NCBI GenBank assembly: GCA_001871165.1
Contig: MNUT01000017.1
Span: 1-53,442 of the forward strand
Length of the DNA stretch: 53,442 bases
Origin: Candidatus Falkowbacteria bacterium CG1_02_37_21
Lineage (GTDB): Bacteria > Patescibacteriota > Patescibacteriia > Patescibacteriales > UBA12465
Direction of reading: 5' to 3'
In this document: positions 8,707 to 16,719 of the stretch, piece after piece
How the letters are laid out: every line of letters begins with the position of its first letter
Position numbering within the stretch: position 1 is the first letter of the stretch
The notes under the pieces: generated by a model
The model's database searches: none
Told to the model about the DNA's origin: nothing
The model's input: only the letters and a program-made list of their open reading frames with translations
Translations under genes and position numbers: made by a program

Positions 8707-9624
8707 TTATTTATTAGAATTTTCCTGAATATATCTATAAGCGTTAAGAGCGGCGATAGTGCCTTGTCCGGAAGCGACGGTTAATTGTTTATATTCTATG
8801 GGAGTGATGTCTCCGGCCGCAAAAAAGCCTGGTTGATTAGTACGACAACCTTCATCGACTATAACTTGGTTTGCGATATCAAGTTTAACTAAATCTTTAA
8901 CTAAATCACTTTGGGCTTTATGCCCAATCTCCACAAAAATTCCGTCCACGGCTAAGTCTTGAGTTGTCCCGTCAGCATTATTTTTAATGCTAGCACTAGT
9001 GACTTTAGTGTCGCCCTCTATTTTAACAATTTCCGATTCCATGAGGAACTTTATGTTAGGACATTTTTTGGCGCTTTCTACCAAGCTTTCAAAAGCTTTA
9101 AATTCTGCTTTACGGTGAACTAAATATACTTCACTGGCAATTTTTGACATTACTTCAGCCGCATCAACAGCCGAATTACCACCGCCAACGACTATAATTT
9201 TTTTGCCTTTAAAGAATTGCCCGTCGCAGTTAGCGCAGTAAGAAACACCTTTACCGGAGAATTCTTTTTCTCCCGGAACTTCCAGATAACGGGGGATTAA
9301 ACCTAAAGCAAAAATTACGGTTTTAGTCTCATATTCTCCTTGATCAGAAATAATTTTAAAATTATTGTCCGCTAAAACTTCAATCTTTGTAACCGTTTCC
9401 AGTTTTAATTCATAGCCCGTATATTTGATTTGTTTTTCTAATTTTTGGTTAAGTTCTAGGCCGCTAATAATATCAAAACCGGGATAATTCTCAATTTCTC
9501 CAGCGAGACCAATTTGTCCGCCGATATCTTTAGTAATAAGTAAAGTCTTCATTTCGCGACGTTTGGCATATAAAGCGGCTGATAAACCGGCCATGCCACC
9601 GCCAATCACAATAGTGTCGTACAT
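8707..9624 (-). CDS. trxB: Thioredoxin-disulfide reductase (low-Mr TrxR type)
   Basis: FAD motif VIGGGMAGLSAA, redox-active CANCDG, second dinucleotide motif VVGGGNSAVDAA, C-terminal FAAGD. Confidence 0.88.
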   Translation of the reverse strand: MYDTIVIGGGMAGLSAALYAKRREMKTLLITKDIGGQIGLAGEIENYPGFDIISGLELNQKLEKQIKYTGYELKLETVTKIEVLADNNFKIISDQGEYETKTVIFALGLIPRYLEVPGEKEFSGKGVSYCANCDGQFFKGKKIIVVGGGNSAVDAAEVMSKIASEVYLVHRKAEFKAFESLVESAKKCPNIKFLMESEIVKIEGDTKVTSASIKNNADGTTQDLAVDGIFVEIGHKAQSDLVKDLVKLDIANQVIVDEGCRTNQPGFFAAGDITPIEYKQLTVASGQGTIAALNAYRYIQENSNK

Positions 9625-9707
9625 ATATTTACAAGTTTTTAGTTAATCTTGTCTTATAGAATAACTCTTTTTTACGTTTTAGACCAGACTTGAATTTGGT
9701 TTTTTTA

Positions 9708-10706
9708 TTATTTATCTTTATTAACGTCTTTTTGAGAGCGACCATCTACTTCGTAGCTGGTATTTTGTGTTTCAAAAAAATTAACTAATTCTAAAGCATC
9801 AGTCGCTGCCGCCATCCATTTCGCCGGGTTAGTGACCTTAAAATGCGGCTCAAAGCCTAATTCTTCCAAACGTCGATCAGCTATATATTGGACATATTGA
9901 TTGACGTAGTCGGCGTTAAGCCCCAAAATACCGCGCGGAAACATATCTTTATTATAGGCATTTTCCAAATTAACACCATCAATAATAATTTTTTGAATTT
10001 CCTCATTGAATTCCTGAGTGACTATATCGGGATTTTCTTCTAAAATAGTGAGAATTAAATTAATACCAAATTTAAGATGCAAACTTTCGTCACGTAGCAC
10101 CCAATCAATCATAGAACCAAAATTTCGTAGTTGACGTCTTTGCCTAAAACTGAGAGCAACCATAAAGCCACTATAAAACCAAATACCCTCCATGACTATG
10201 TTGTAGGCAATTAGGTTGCGCACAAAATCACGCTTACCATTCGCGGTAGTGATATCTAAATTATTTTCTGTCATGCGTGTCAGATATTTGGTGATAAAAT
10301 CTTCCTTAGCTTTAATAGAGGGAGTATTGAGATGCTGTTGGAAAATAGTCTTTCTATCTACCGGAAAAGTCTCTAAAACATATTCAAAGGCTAAACAATG
10401 ATTAGCCTCTTCCCACATTTGTTTGGCTAGATATAAATGAGTTTCTGGAGCTTTAATATAGGGATAAACACCTAAAGCTAAAGTTCTGTTTACAATCAAT
10501 TCAGAAGGGTTAAAAAAGCTCATTAAAAAACTTACGGCGTGACGTTCATCTTCTGTCATTTTTTTCCAGTCTTCTAAGTCTTCGCCTAAGGCGATTTCAT
10601 GCGGAAACCAGGTATTGGCTACGGCTTGGTTGTATAAATCATAGGCCCATTGGTATTTAATGGGTCGTAAGTTCATGTCCTCGTTTAATGGTTTTCCTAA
10701 TATCAT
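9708..10706 (-). CDS. nrdB: Class I ribonucleotide reductase small subunit (R2) with class Ic signature
   Basis: Metal ligands E69, E100/H103, E173, E207/H210. F107 sits at the radical-Tyr position. Blocks PIKYQWAY, VMEGIWFYSGF, LRDESLHLKFG and YIADRRL are present. Confidence 0.92.
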   Translation of the reverse strand: MILGKPLNEDMNLRPIKYQWAYDLYNQAVANTWFPHEIALGEDLEDWKKMTEDERHAVSFLMSFFNPSELIVNRTLALGVYPYIKAPETHLYLAKQMWEEANHCLAFEYVLETFPVDRKTIFQQHLNTPSIKAKEDFITKYLTRMTENNLDITTANGKRDFVRNLIAYNIVMEGIWFYSGFMVALSFRQRRQLRNFGSMIDWVLRDESLHLKFGINLILTILEENPDIVTQEFNEEIQKIIIDGVNLENAYNKDMFPRGILGLNADYVNQYVQYIADRRLEELGFEPHFKVTNPAKWMAAATDALELVNFFETQNTSYEVDGRSQKDVNKDK

Positions 10707-10733
10707 ATATTTATTATTGATTATCTTATTAAG

Positions 10734-10801
10734 ATTAAAATAATATTTTAGTGCTCCTGATTTTTCTGCGGAAAAAAGTCGCTCTAAAATATTATTTTAA
10801 T
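10734..10801 (-). repeat. 17-18 bp perfect inverted repeat filling the nrdA-nrdB intergenic spacer
   Basis: TTAAAATAATATTTTAG (10735-10751) is the exact reverse complement of CTAAAATATTATTTTAA (10784-10800), with one more A-T pair outside. The right arm ends 3 nt from the nrdA stop. Confidence 0.6.
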
Positions 10802-10804
10802 TTA

Positions 10805-13240
10805 CTACTGACAACTATCACACATTAATCTTTCTTGCGGATCAGTAGGGCAGGCTTGTCTTGTTTGGTCAGCTAAAATTGCACCAAAACCTTTTTTTCC
10901 GACATTGGTTGATTTATTAACTTTCACTGTACTTTGTTCGGCGGAATGACGCGGTTTCATATGTAAGTAATAAGTTGTCTTTAATCCTTTTTCCCAGGCG
11001 TCCAAATAAATTTTCATTATTTCTTCGGTATCGCGTGTCGCTAAGTACATGTTACGACTAATGGCTTGATCGACCCATTTTTGGGCACGAGCGGCCACTT
11101 CCACAAAACCGTTGGCTTCAACCGAGAAAGAATCTTTGTATATTTTTTTTATTTCTTCGGGAATGCCTTCAATATTAGTTAAATCACCTTGAGCGACTAA
11201 AATTTCTTCTCTTTTAGCTTCCCAAATTCCTAGTTCCTTTAATTTTTTAACTAGATTAAAATTTAATTCTAGATATTTTCCTGATAAAGTATTGCGACTA
11301 AATATTTGCGCAAAACGGGGATCAATACCAGTAGAAGTACCGGCGATTAAACCGATATTAGCCGTTGGTGCAATAGCTAGTAAAGTAGCATTACGCATTC
11401 CTTTCTTTACTTTTGCGCGCAGAGAATCCCAGTCGTGATGTAATTCAGAGCGAGCAACATTTAATTTTTGTCCACGATTTTTTTCTAAAATATCTAAAGT
11501 ATCATAAGGCACATAGCCCTTAGACCAACCAGAACCGGCAAAATTATCGTAACTACCTTTTTCGGCAGCTAAATCTGCGCTTTCACTAATGGCGTGATAA
11601 CTGATGAATTCCATTATTTGATCAGTCATAGCATAAGCTTCTTCACTATCATAGGCCATATTTAAGTTCTCAAACATATCAGCTAAACCCATGACGCCCA
11701 TACCGATAGCACGATTATGATGATCGGAGTTGCCAGCCTCTTCAATTGGTGGCTGGTTAATATCCACTAAGTTGTCTAGTTGTCTAATACCGGTGTGGAC
11801 GCTATCTTCTAAGCGTTCCCAGTCAATCTCTTTTTTGTCGGTTAAATGACGGGCTAAATTAATAGACATTAAATTACAGACCGCGACGTTATCTTTATTG
11901 GCCGGTAGAGTAATTTCCGTGCAAAGATTAGAACTATTAATCGTACCGGTATTATTATTTAGAGCCCGAACATTAGTGGCGTCTTTCCAGGTTAACCAAG
12001 GATGAGAAGTGCTTTGCAGGGACACTATAATATTATTGAATTGTTCGTTGGCGGGAATTTTTTTAAAGATGCGCATTTTACCGGCTTCAGCTAGAGCTAC
12101 ATATTCATTGTATCTTTTGCTAAATTCTTCGCCGTATAAATCTATTAAATCGGGAGTATCTTGGGGGTCAAACAGATACCACCATTTTTTATTTTTGACA
12201 CGTTTCATAAATTCGTCCGACATCCAGACAGCGGTATTAGCGGTGCGAGCGCGACGATAATCGTCGCCGGCATTTTGTTTTAAATCTAGAAAGTCCTGAA
12301 AATCAAGATGCCAGTTTTCCATATAGAAACATAGTGCACCCATTTTTTTGCCGGCTCGGGAAATAGCTCTAATGGTTGAGTCAATAATATGTAAAAAGGG
12401 AATCGGTCCGGAAGAAAAAGTATTATTAGTACTAATAGGAGAGCCATTAGCGCGCAGTTTAGTGACGGCTAAGCCAATTCCCCCCGTCGCCTTAGATAGC
12501 TTCATAACATCAGAGACGGTTTTACCAATATGACCGATATTATCTTCCATGTCCATTAGGAAGCAATTACTAAGTCGAGGGGAGACTGTACCGGCATTGA
12601 TATTAGTGGAACCACCGGCGATATATTCTAGGGATGACATTTTATTATAAAACTGCTGAGCTACTTCGGTTGGATTCTTTTCTTTAAAAGCCATACCCAT
12701 GGCGACGCGCATCCAAAAATATTGTGGTATTTCTCGTAATTTTTGGTCGGCACCTTTACTTAAATAACGATTACGCATAGTCGCTAGCCCGGTGTAGGTT
12801 AGCAGGGAATCTCGATTAAGATTAATTGTGTCAGCCAGTTTTTCTAAATCAAAAACTTTTAAGTCGGGGGAGAGAATGCCTTCTTTCTGACAACGATCAA
12901 AATAAAGCATAAAACCGTCACGATGTTTTTTCTTTAAGTCGTTATTATTATTAAAATCTCCTAAAACTTCTTTGTAGAGAGTTTTTAAGAGTAAGCGAGC
13001 GGCGATAATATCAAAATCTGGGTCGTCTTTAATATTTTGTACAGCAGCATTTATCACGGCATTATCTAATTCAGTGGTGGTGATGCCGTCGTAGAGGGTT
13101 AATTCAGTTTCGGTAGCGATTTGAGTTATTTTTGAGGACTGATCATCCAGACCTTCACAGGCGCTGGCAATAGCTTTGTTAATTTTATCGGCATCAAAGT
13201 TTTCTTTAGTGCCGTCTATTTTTTTTATATATAAAGACAT
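10805..13240 (-). CDS. nrdA: Class I ribonucleotide reductase large subunit (R1) with N-terminal ATP-cone
   Basis: ATP-cone at the N-terminus (KIDGTKENFDADKI), active-site NLCTEI, C-terminal Cys pair CDSCQ. Adjacent to nrdB. Confidence 0.92.
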   Translation of the reverse strand: MSLYIKKIDGTKENFDADKINKAIASACEGLDDQSSKITQIATETELTLYDGITTTELDNAVINAAVQNIKDDPDFDIIAARLLLKTLYKEVLGDFNNNNDLKKKHRDGFMLYFDRCQKEGILSPDLKVFDLEKLADTINLNRDSLLTYTGLATMRNRYLSKGADQKLREIPQYFWMRVAMGMAFKEKNPTEVAQQFYNKMSSLEYIAGGSTNINAGTVSPRLSNCFLMDMEDNIGHIGKTVSDVMKLSKATGGIGLAVTKLRANGSPISTNNTFSSGPIPFLHIIDSTIRAISRAGKKMGALCFYMENWHLDFQDFLDLKQNAGDDYRRARTANTAVWMSDEFMKRVKNKKWWYLFDPQDTPDLIDLYGEEFSKRYNEYVALAEAGKMRIFKKIPANEQFNNIIVSLQSTSHPWLTWKDATNVRALNNNTGTINSSNLCTEITLPANKDNVAVCNLMSINLARHLTDKKEIDWERLEDSVHTGIRQLDNLVDINQPPIEEAGNSDHHNRAIGMGVMGLADMFENLNMAYDSEEAYAMTDQIMEFISYHAISESADLAAEKGSYDNFAGSGWSKGYVPYDTLDILEKNRGQKLNVARSELHHDWDSLRAKVKKGMRNATLLAIAPTANIGLIAGTSTGIDPRFAQIFSRNTLSGKYLELNFNLVKKLKELGIWEAKREEILVAQGDLTNIEGIPEEIKKIYKDSFSVEANGFVEVAARAQKWVDQAISRNMYLATRDTEEIMKIYLDAWEKGLKTTYYLHMKPRHSAEQSTVKVNKSTNVGKKGFGAILADQTRQACPTDPQERLMCDSCQ

Positions 13241-13277
13241 AATTAGTTAAGAAACAATCGGGATGAAACAACCCGTA

Positions 13278-13293
13278 TTTCTATATATAGTGT
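13278..13293. promoter_or_regulatory. NrdR-box-like palindrome 1 (downstream of the nrdA -10)
   Basis: tttCTATATATAGTGT matches the NrdR box consensus as I recall it (acaCwAtATaTwGtgt) at 13 of 16 positions. Confidence 0.45.
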
Positions 13294-13306
13294 TTAAAGT
13301 AAATTT

Positions 13307-13335
13307 ATTATACCATATACGGTATATTGCGACAA
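13307..13335 (-). promoter_or_regulatory. Sigma70-type promoter of nrdA-nrdB
   Basis: Minus strand reads TTGTCG (13335-13330), 17 nt, TATAAT (13312-13307), about 67 nt upstream of ATG 13240. Confidence 0.5.
13309..13326. promoter_or_regulatory. NrdR-box-like palindrome 2 (inside the nrdA promoter spacer and -10)
   Basis: TATACCATATACGGTATA is an 18-bp palindrome with 2 mismatches. Its centre lies 32 bp from the centre of box 1. Confidence 0.4.
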
Positions 13336-13431
13336 GCCCCGTAGCCATAGGGTTTTCTGGACATCACTAGCGTTATTTATTTTATTGTAGTAACATAATT
13401 AAGAAGAACTTAATTAATTTATTTTTAAGGT

Positions 13432-14571
13432 ATGTCAGATATTTATCAAGATTCCGTGGCTTTACATAAAAAGCATGGCGGTAAATTGGAAATAAAGAGC
13501 AAGGTATCTCTAGCTAATCGCGCCGATTTGTCTTTGGCCTATACTCCCGGCGTGGCGGAAGTTTGTCGAGTTATTGCTAAAGATAAATCACAAACCCGAT
13601 CATTAACTATTAAAGGGAATACAGTGGCCGTTATTACTGACGGTAGTGCCATTTTAGGTTTAGGTAATCTTGGCCCGGAAGCGGCTTTGCCGGTAATGGA
13701 AGGGAAATGTATTTTATTTAAAGAGTTCGCCGGTGTGGACGCTTTTCCTATTTGTTTAGACACTCAAGATGAAGAAGAAATTATTAAAGCGGTTAAACAA
13801 TTAGCGCCAGTTTTTGGTGGTATTAATTTGGAAGATATTTCTGCGCCGCGTTGCTTTAAAATTGAAGAGCGCTTACGAGCGGAATTAGATATTCCGGTTA
13901 TGCATGATGATCAACATGGTACAGCGACCGTAGTTTTAGCGGCTTTGATTAATGCTCTGAAAGTTAGAGGCTCTCAAAAAGAAGAAGTTAAAATTATTAT
14001 TAGTGGTGCTGGTGCGGCTGGCGTTGCCGTTACTAAATTATTATTAAGTTATGGTTTTGTAAGTGTGATTGTCTGTGATAGTGTGGGAATTATTTATGAG
14101 GGTCGTGAAGGTTTAAATCCGGTTAAGCAAGAATTAGCGATCATTACCAATAAACAGAAATTAAGCGGAGATTTAGCGGTAGCTTTACAGGGTGCAGATA
14201 TTTTTATCGGTGTGAGTGCGCCAAATATTGTAAGTCCAGAAATGATAAAAACTATGAATGATAGGCCGATGATTTTTGCTTTATCTAATCCTGTGCCGGA
14301 AATTATGCCTGATCTAGCTAAAGAGGCCGGTGCTTTTATTGTGGCGAGTGGACGCAGTGATTTTCCAAATCAAATTAATAATGTTTTAATTTTCCCGGGA
14401 GTCTTTCGCGGCGCTTTAGATAGGGAAGTAAAACAAATTACCGATGGGATGTTAATTAGAGCGGCGGAAAATTTAGCGGCCTTAGTCCTGGAGCCGACAG
14501 TTGATATGATTTTACCCAATCCTTTAAATAGGGATGTGGCACCGGCAGTAGCGAAAGCAATTTATGAATAA
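13432..14571 (+). CDS. NAD(P)-dependent malic enzyme (short, MaeB N-terminal-domain type)
   Basis: LSLAYTPGVAEVC, NLGPEAALPVMEGK, FGGINLEDISAP, HDDQHGTA and GAGAAG motifs. Confidence 0.9.
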   Translation: MSDIYQDSVALHKKHGGKLEIKSKVSLANRADLSLAYTPGVAEVCRVIAKDKSQTRSLTIKGNTVAVITDGSAILGLGNLGPEAALPVMEGKCILFKEFAGVDAFPICLDTQDEEEIIKAVKQLAPVFGGINLEDISAPRCFKIEERLRAELDIPVMHDDQHGTATVVLAALINALKVRGSQKEEVKIIISGAGAAGVAVTKLLLSYGFVSVIVCDSVGIIYEGREGLNPVKQELAIITNKQKLSGDLAVALQGADIFIGVSAPNIVSPEMIKTMNDRPMIFALSNPVPEIMPDLAKEAGAFIVASGRSDFPNQINNVLIFPGVFRGALDREVKQITDGMLIRAAENLAALVLEPTVDMILPNPLNRDVAPAVAKAIYE

Positions 14572-14584
14572 TTAAAGGACAAGG

Positions 14585-14615
14585 AAAAAGGCATCATAAA
14601 AATGATGCCTTTAAA
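14585..14615. terminator. Bidirectional terminator after the malic enzyme gene and the small minus-strand ORF
   Basis: AGGCATCA (14589-14596) pairs with TGATGCCT (14603-14610). A-rich 5' flank and T-rich 3' flank. Confidence 0.55.
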
Positions 14616-14616
14616 T

Positions 14617-14799
14617 TTATTGGGGCAGATTGATTTGAGTTAACAAATCTTTAATCAAAGATAAAATCTTAATTAAAATTTCGTTAGCTAAAGCAACTGC
14701 TTCTTGAGGAACAGCCGACTTCATTATTAGAATTATAACGATAATCGCTATAAATCCGCTTAACCCTTTAAACATATGTTTAAAGTAATTATTGCTCAA
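14617..14799 (-). CDS. Small hypothetical membrane peptide (60 aa from TTG 14799, or 52 aa from ATG 14775)
   Basis: One clear hydrophobic helix (GLSGFIAIIVIILIM) then an amphipathic tail. Bracketed by a promoter-like element (14880-14908) and the terminator at 14585-14615. No SD is visible. Confidence 0.3.
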   Translation of the reverse strand: MSNNYFKHMFKGLSGFIAIIVIILIMKSAVPQEAVALANEILIKILSLIKDLLTQINLPQ

Positions 14800-14879
14800 G
14801 GGACTAATCTTGAGCTTCTAGTTATTATTAATAACTGGAGCGTTTTGAGGTCGGTTATTCCATTTGTAAAGAACATTAT

Positions 14880-14908
14880 AATATAACAAATTTTGAAAAT
14901 ATCGTCAA
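14880..14908 (-). promoter_or_regulatory. Candidate promoter for the small minus-strand transcription unit
   Basis: Minus strand reads TTGACG (14908-14903), 17 nt, TATATT (14885-14880). Confidence 0.3.
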
Positions 14909-14945
14909 GGGTTTAAATCTGGTATTATAATATTATATTTAATGG

Positions 14946-14971
14946 TTTTTACAGTCGTTTTTTACAGTCGT
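14946..14971 (+). repeat. Two exact tandem copies of TTTTTACAGTCGT directly upstream of the csp promoter
   Basis: 13-bp units at 14946-14958 and 14959-14971. A degenerate third copy (TTTTTATCGCT) runs into the -35 TTGACT. Confidence 0.7.
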
Positions 14972-14981
14972 TTTTTATCGC

Positions 14982-15010
14982 TTGACTTCTTTTTATTTAT
15001 ATGATATAGT
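14982..15010 (+). promoter_or_regulatory. Promoter of the cold-shock protein gene
   Basis: TTGACT (14982-14987), 17 nt, TGaTATAGT (-10 at 15005-15010). Predicts a 5' UTR of about 85 nt, as is usual for csp genes. Confidence 0.5.
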
Positions 15011-15051
15011 TATTCTCGTGCAAAGAGTGATTAAAAAAGCAAGTCGACTTT

Positions 15052-15091
15052 AACTTAGTCATAAAAAATTTGCCGTCTTATAAACTAAGTT
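15052..15091 (+). promoter_or_regulatory. Stem-loop in the csp 5' UTR
   Basis: AACTTAGT (15052-15059) pairs with ACTAAGTT (15084-15091). The 3' arm ends 12 nt before the ATG. A 10-bp palindrome AAGTCGACTT lies at 15041-15050. Confidence 0.3.
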
Positions 15092-15103
15092 TTCAATAAT
15101 ACC

Positions 15104-15301
15104 ATGACCGGTACTATCAAAACTTTAACTGACAGAGGTTTCGGCTTCATTGCCGTTGAAGGTCAGGAAAAGGACTTATTTTTCCACAGCAAGGCTTTGG
15201 TTGATGTCCAATTCAACGAACTTCGCGAAGGCGATGCCGTTACCTTTGACATGGAGGAATCTCCGAAGGGACCTAACGCGGTTAATGTTAAACGCGCTTA
15301 A
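15104..15301 (+). CDS. Cold-shock protein (CspA family, S1-like CSD)
   Basis: RNP-1-like GFGFI and RNP-2-like FFHS motifs, 65 aa. Confidence 0.92.
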   Translation: MTGTIKTLTDRGFGFIAVEGQEKDLFFHSKALVDVQFNELREGDAVTFDMEESPKGPNAVNVKRA

Positions 15302-15319
15302 TACCTTTCAAAGTTGAAG

Positions 15320-15350
15320 AACACCCACCTCACGGTGGGTGTTTTGTTTT
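15320..15350 (+). terminator. Rho-independent terminator of csp
   Basis: ACACCCACC (15321-15329) pairs with GGTGGGTGT (15334-15342), followed by TTTGTTTT. Confidence 0.8.
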
Positions 15351-15387
15351 CCCCAAATTTTGTCAATTAGTCGTTCGTGATAATTTT

Positions 15388-15396
15388 TGTTATAAT
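15388..15396 (+). promoter_or_regulatory. Extended -10 promoter (TGTTATAAT) for the SOD gene
   Basis: TGT+TATAAT at 15388-15396, 40 nt upstream of ATG 15436. Confidence 0.35.
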
Positions 15397-15435
15397 AGGC
15401 GTATTAATAATTATAATTAACCTAACTATAAATTT

Positions 15436-16026
15436 ATGTTTACTTTAATGTCTTTGCCTTTTGATCAGACTGCCTTGGAACCTCATATTTCTTCTAGAAC
15501 TATAGAGTTTCATTATGGCAAGCATCATCAGGCTTATGTGGATAATCTTAATAAGTTAGTAGCTGGCACTGAATTAGAAACCGAAACCTTAGAAAATATT
15601 ATTACGAAAACGGCAGGGAAGCCGGAGCAGGCCGCCATTTTTAATAACGCCGCTCAGACATTTAATCATAATATTTTTTGGTCTTGCTTGAAGCCGACAG
15701 TAACACCAATGACCCCGTCAGCGGAAGTCTTAGAAATGATTAATACTTCTTTTGGTTCTCTGGATGAGTTTTTCGTTGAATTGAAAAAAGTTGCTCTCAA
15801 ACAATTTGGTAGTGGTTGGGCTTGGTTGGTAACAGACGGTAGTAAGTTGCAGGTTATGAAAACCGCTAATGGCGACAATCCCTTAACTCATAACTTAAAA
15901 CCACTTTTTGCCTTAGATATTTGGGAACATTCTTATTATTTGGATTATCAAAATAAACGCGCTGATTTTGTGGATGCTGTATTAGCTAATCTCATTAATT
16001 GGGATTATATTCATCAGAATCTATAA
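15436..16026 (+). CDS. sodB: Fe/Mn superoxide dismutase (Fe-type sequence signature)
   Basis: [23 protein letters not shown] (Gln in the AAQ position typical of Fe-SOD), [18 protein letters not shown]. Confidence 0.9.
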   Translation: MFTLMSLPFDQTALEPHISSRTIEFHYGKHHQAYVDNLNKLVAGTELETETLENIITKTAGKPEQAAIFNNAAQTFNHNIFWSCLKPTVTPMTPSAEVLEMINTSFGSLDEFFVELKKVALKQFGSGWAWLVTDGSKLQVMKTANGDNPLTHNLKPLFALDIWEHSYYLDYQNKRADFVDAVLANLINWDYIHQNL

Positions 16027-16034
16027 AGTTATTT

Positions 16035-16706
16035 ATGTATAAAAATCCTTACGTCAAACTTAAACCAGTGACTCAAAAACCGTATACGGAAATTTATTTG
16101 GTTCGTCATTGTCATCCTGATTACCGTTTGGAAAAAAAATTAGGCGAGTATAATATGCCGCTCTCCAAAACGGGTGAACAGCAACGAAAATATTTAACTA
16201 AAAAATTACTCAAGATGGACATTGACTCCGTGTATGCTAGTGGTTTATGTCGAGCTCAGGAAACAGCAGCGGAATTTATAGCAAAAACCAAAAAGACTTT
16301 AATAATAGATGAACGTTTGGATGAAATCAATTGGAAATATTGGCATCGTATCAAATATTTTAACATGTCAGAGGAAGCGCGGGAAAAAAGACTTGTTAGT
16401 TATAAACAATTGGATAAGCGTTTAGATCGTATACAGACAGAGGCAAGGTGCGCTTTATCTGATTTATTTCGTACTAATCGCGGTAAAAAAATTCTAGTTT
16501 TTTCTCATGGTAATTTTATTAAAGCAGCAATTACCAGCATACTTAACGCCGATGTCATTGGCTTCTTGTCTTTAGAAATTTTTCAGTCTTCCATTAGTCA
16601 ATTAGTTATTGATCGCTCTGGATATATTAAAGTTACCAGGATTAATGATGTCAGTCATTTGCCTCATCAGCCGGAAGAGGACTTGTTTCTTTCTATGATC
16701 GATTAG
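16035..16706 (+). CDS. Histidine phosphatase family protein (phosphoglycerate mutase-like)
   Basis: N-terminal IYLVRHCHPD (RH catalytic motif) and later FSHGNFI (second His). I moved the start to ATG 16035 because the longer ORF overlaps the sod stop. Confidence 0.7.
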   Translation: MYKNPYVKLKPVTQKPYTEIYLVRHCHPDYRLEKKLGEYNMPLSKTGEQQRKYLTKKLLKMDIDSVYASGLCRAQETAAEFIAKTKKTLIIDERLDEINWKYWHRIKYFNMSEEAREKRLVSYKQLDKRLDRIQTEARCALSDLFRTNRGKKILVFSHGNFIKAAITSILNADVIGFLSLEIFQSSISQLVIDRSGYIKVTRINDVSHLPHQPEEDLFLSMID

Positions 16707-16719
16707 ACGTATTTTTTTT

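Noticed and set aside
8696-8710. The convergent sufU and trxB stop codons are only 7 bp apart, with no hairpin between them.
   Set aside because: Tight packing is the norm in this window. Termination may occur inside the opposing gene. There is nothing specific to test beyond ordinary 3'-end mapping.
8707-9624. trxB has HRKAEFK instead of the canonical NADPH-binding HRRxxxR, raising the idea of a ferredoxin-dependent flavin thioredoxin reductase.
   Set aside because: Lys can still contact the 2'-phosphate, and the GGGNSAVDAA dinucleotide motif is intact. Sequence alone cannot discriminate between the two possibilities.
9683-9706. Hairpin plus T6 (ACCAGA-cttgaa-TTTGGT-TTTTTT) that looks like a plus-strand terminator between nrdB and trxB.
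   Set aside because: Both flanking genes are on the minus strand. On that strand the stem carries an A-C mismatch and has no T-run. No plus-strand transcript is expected here, so it is probably fortuitous.
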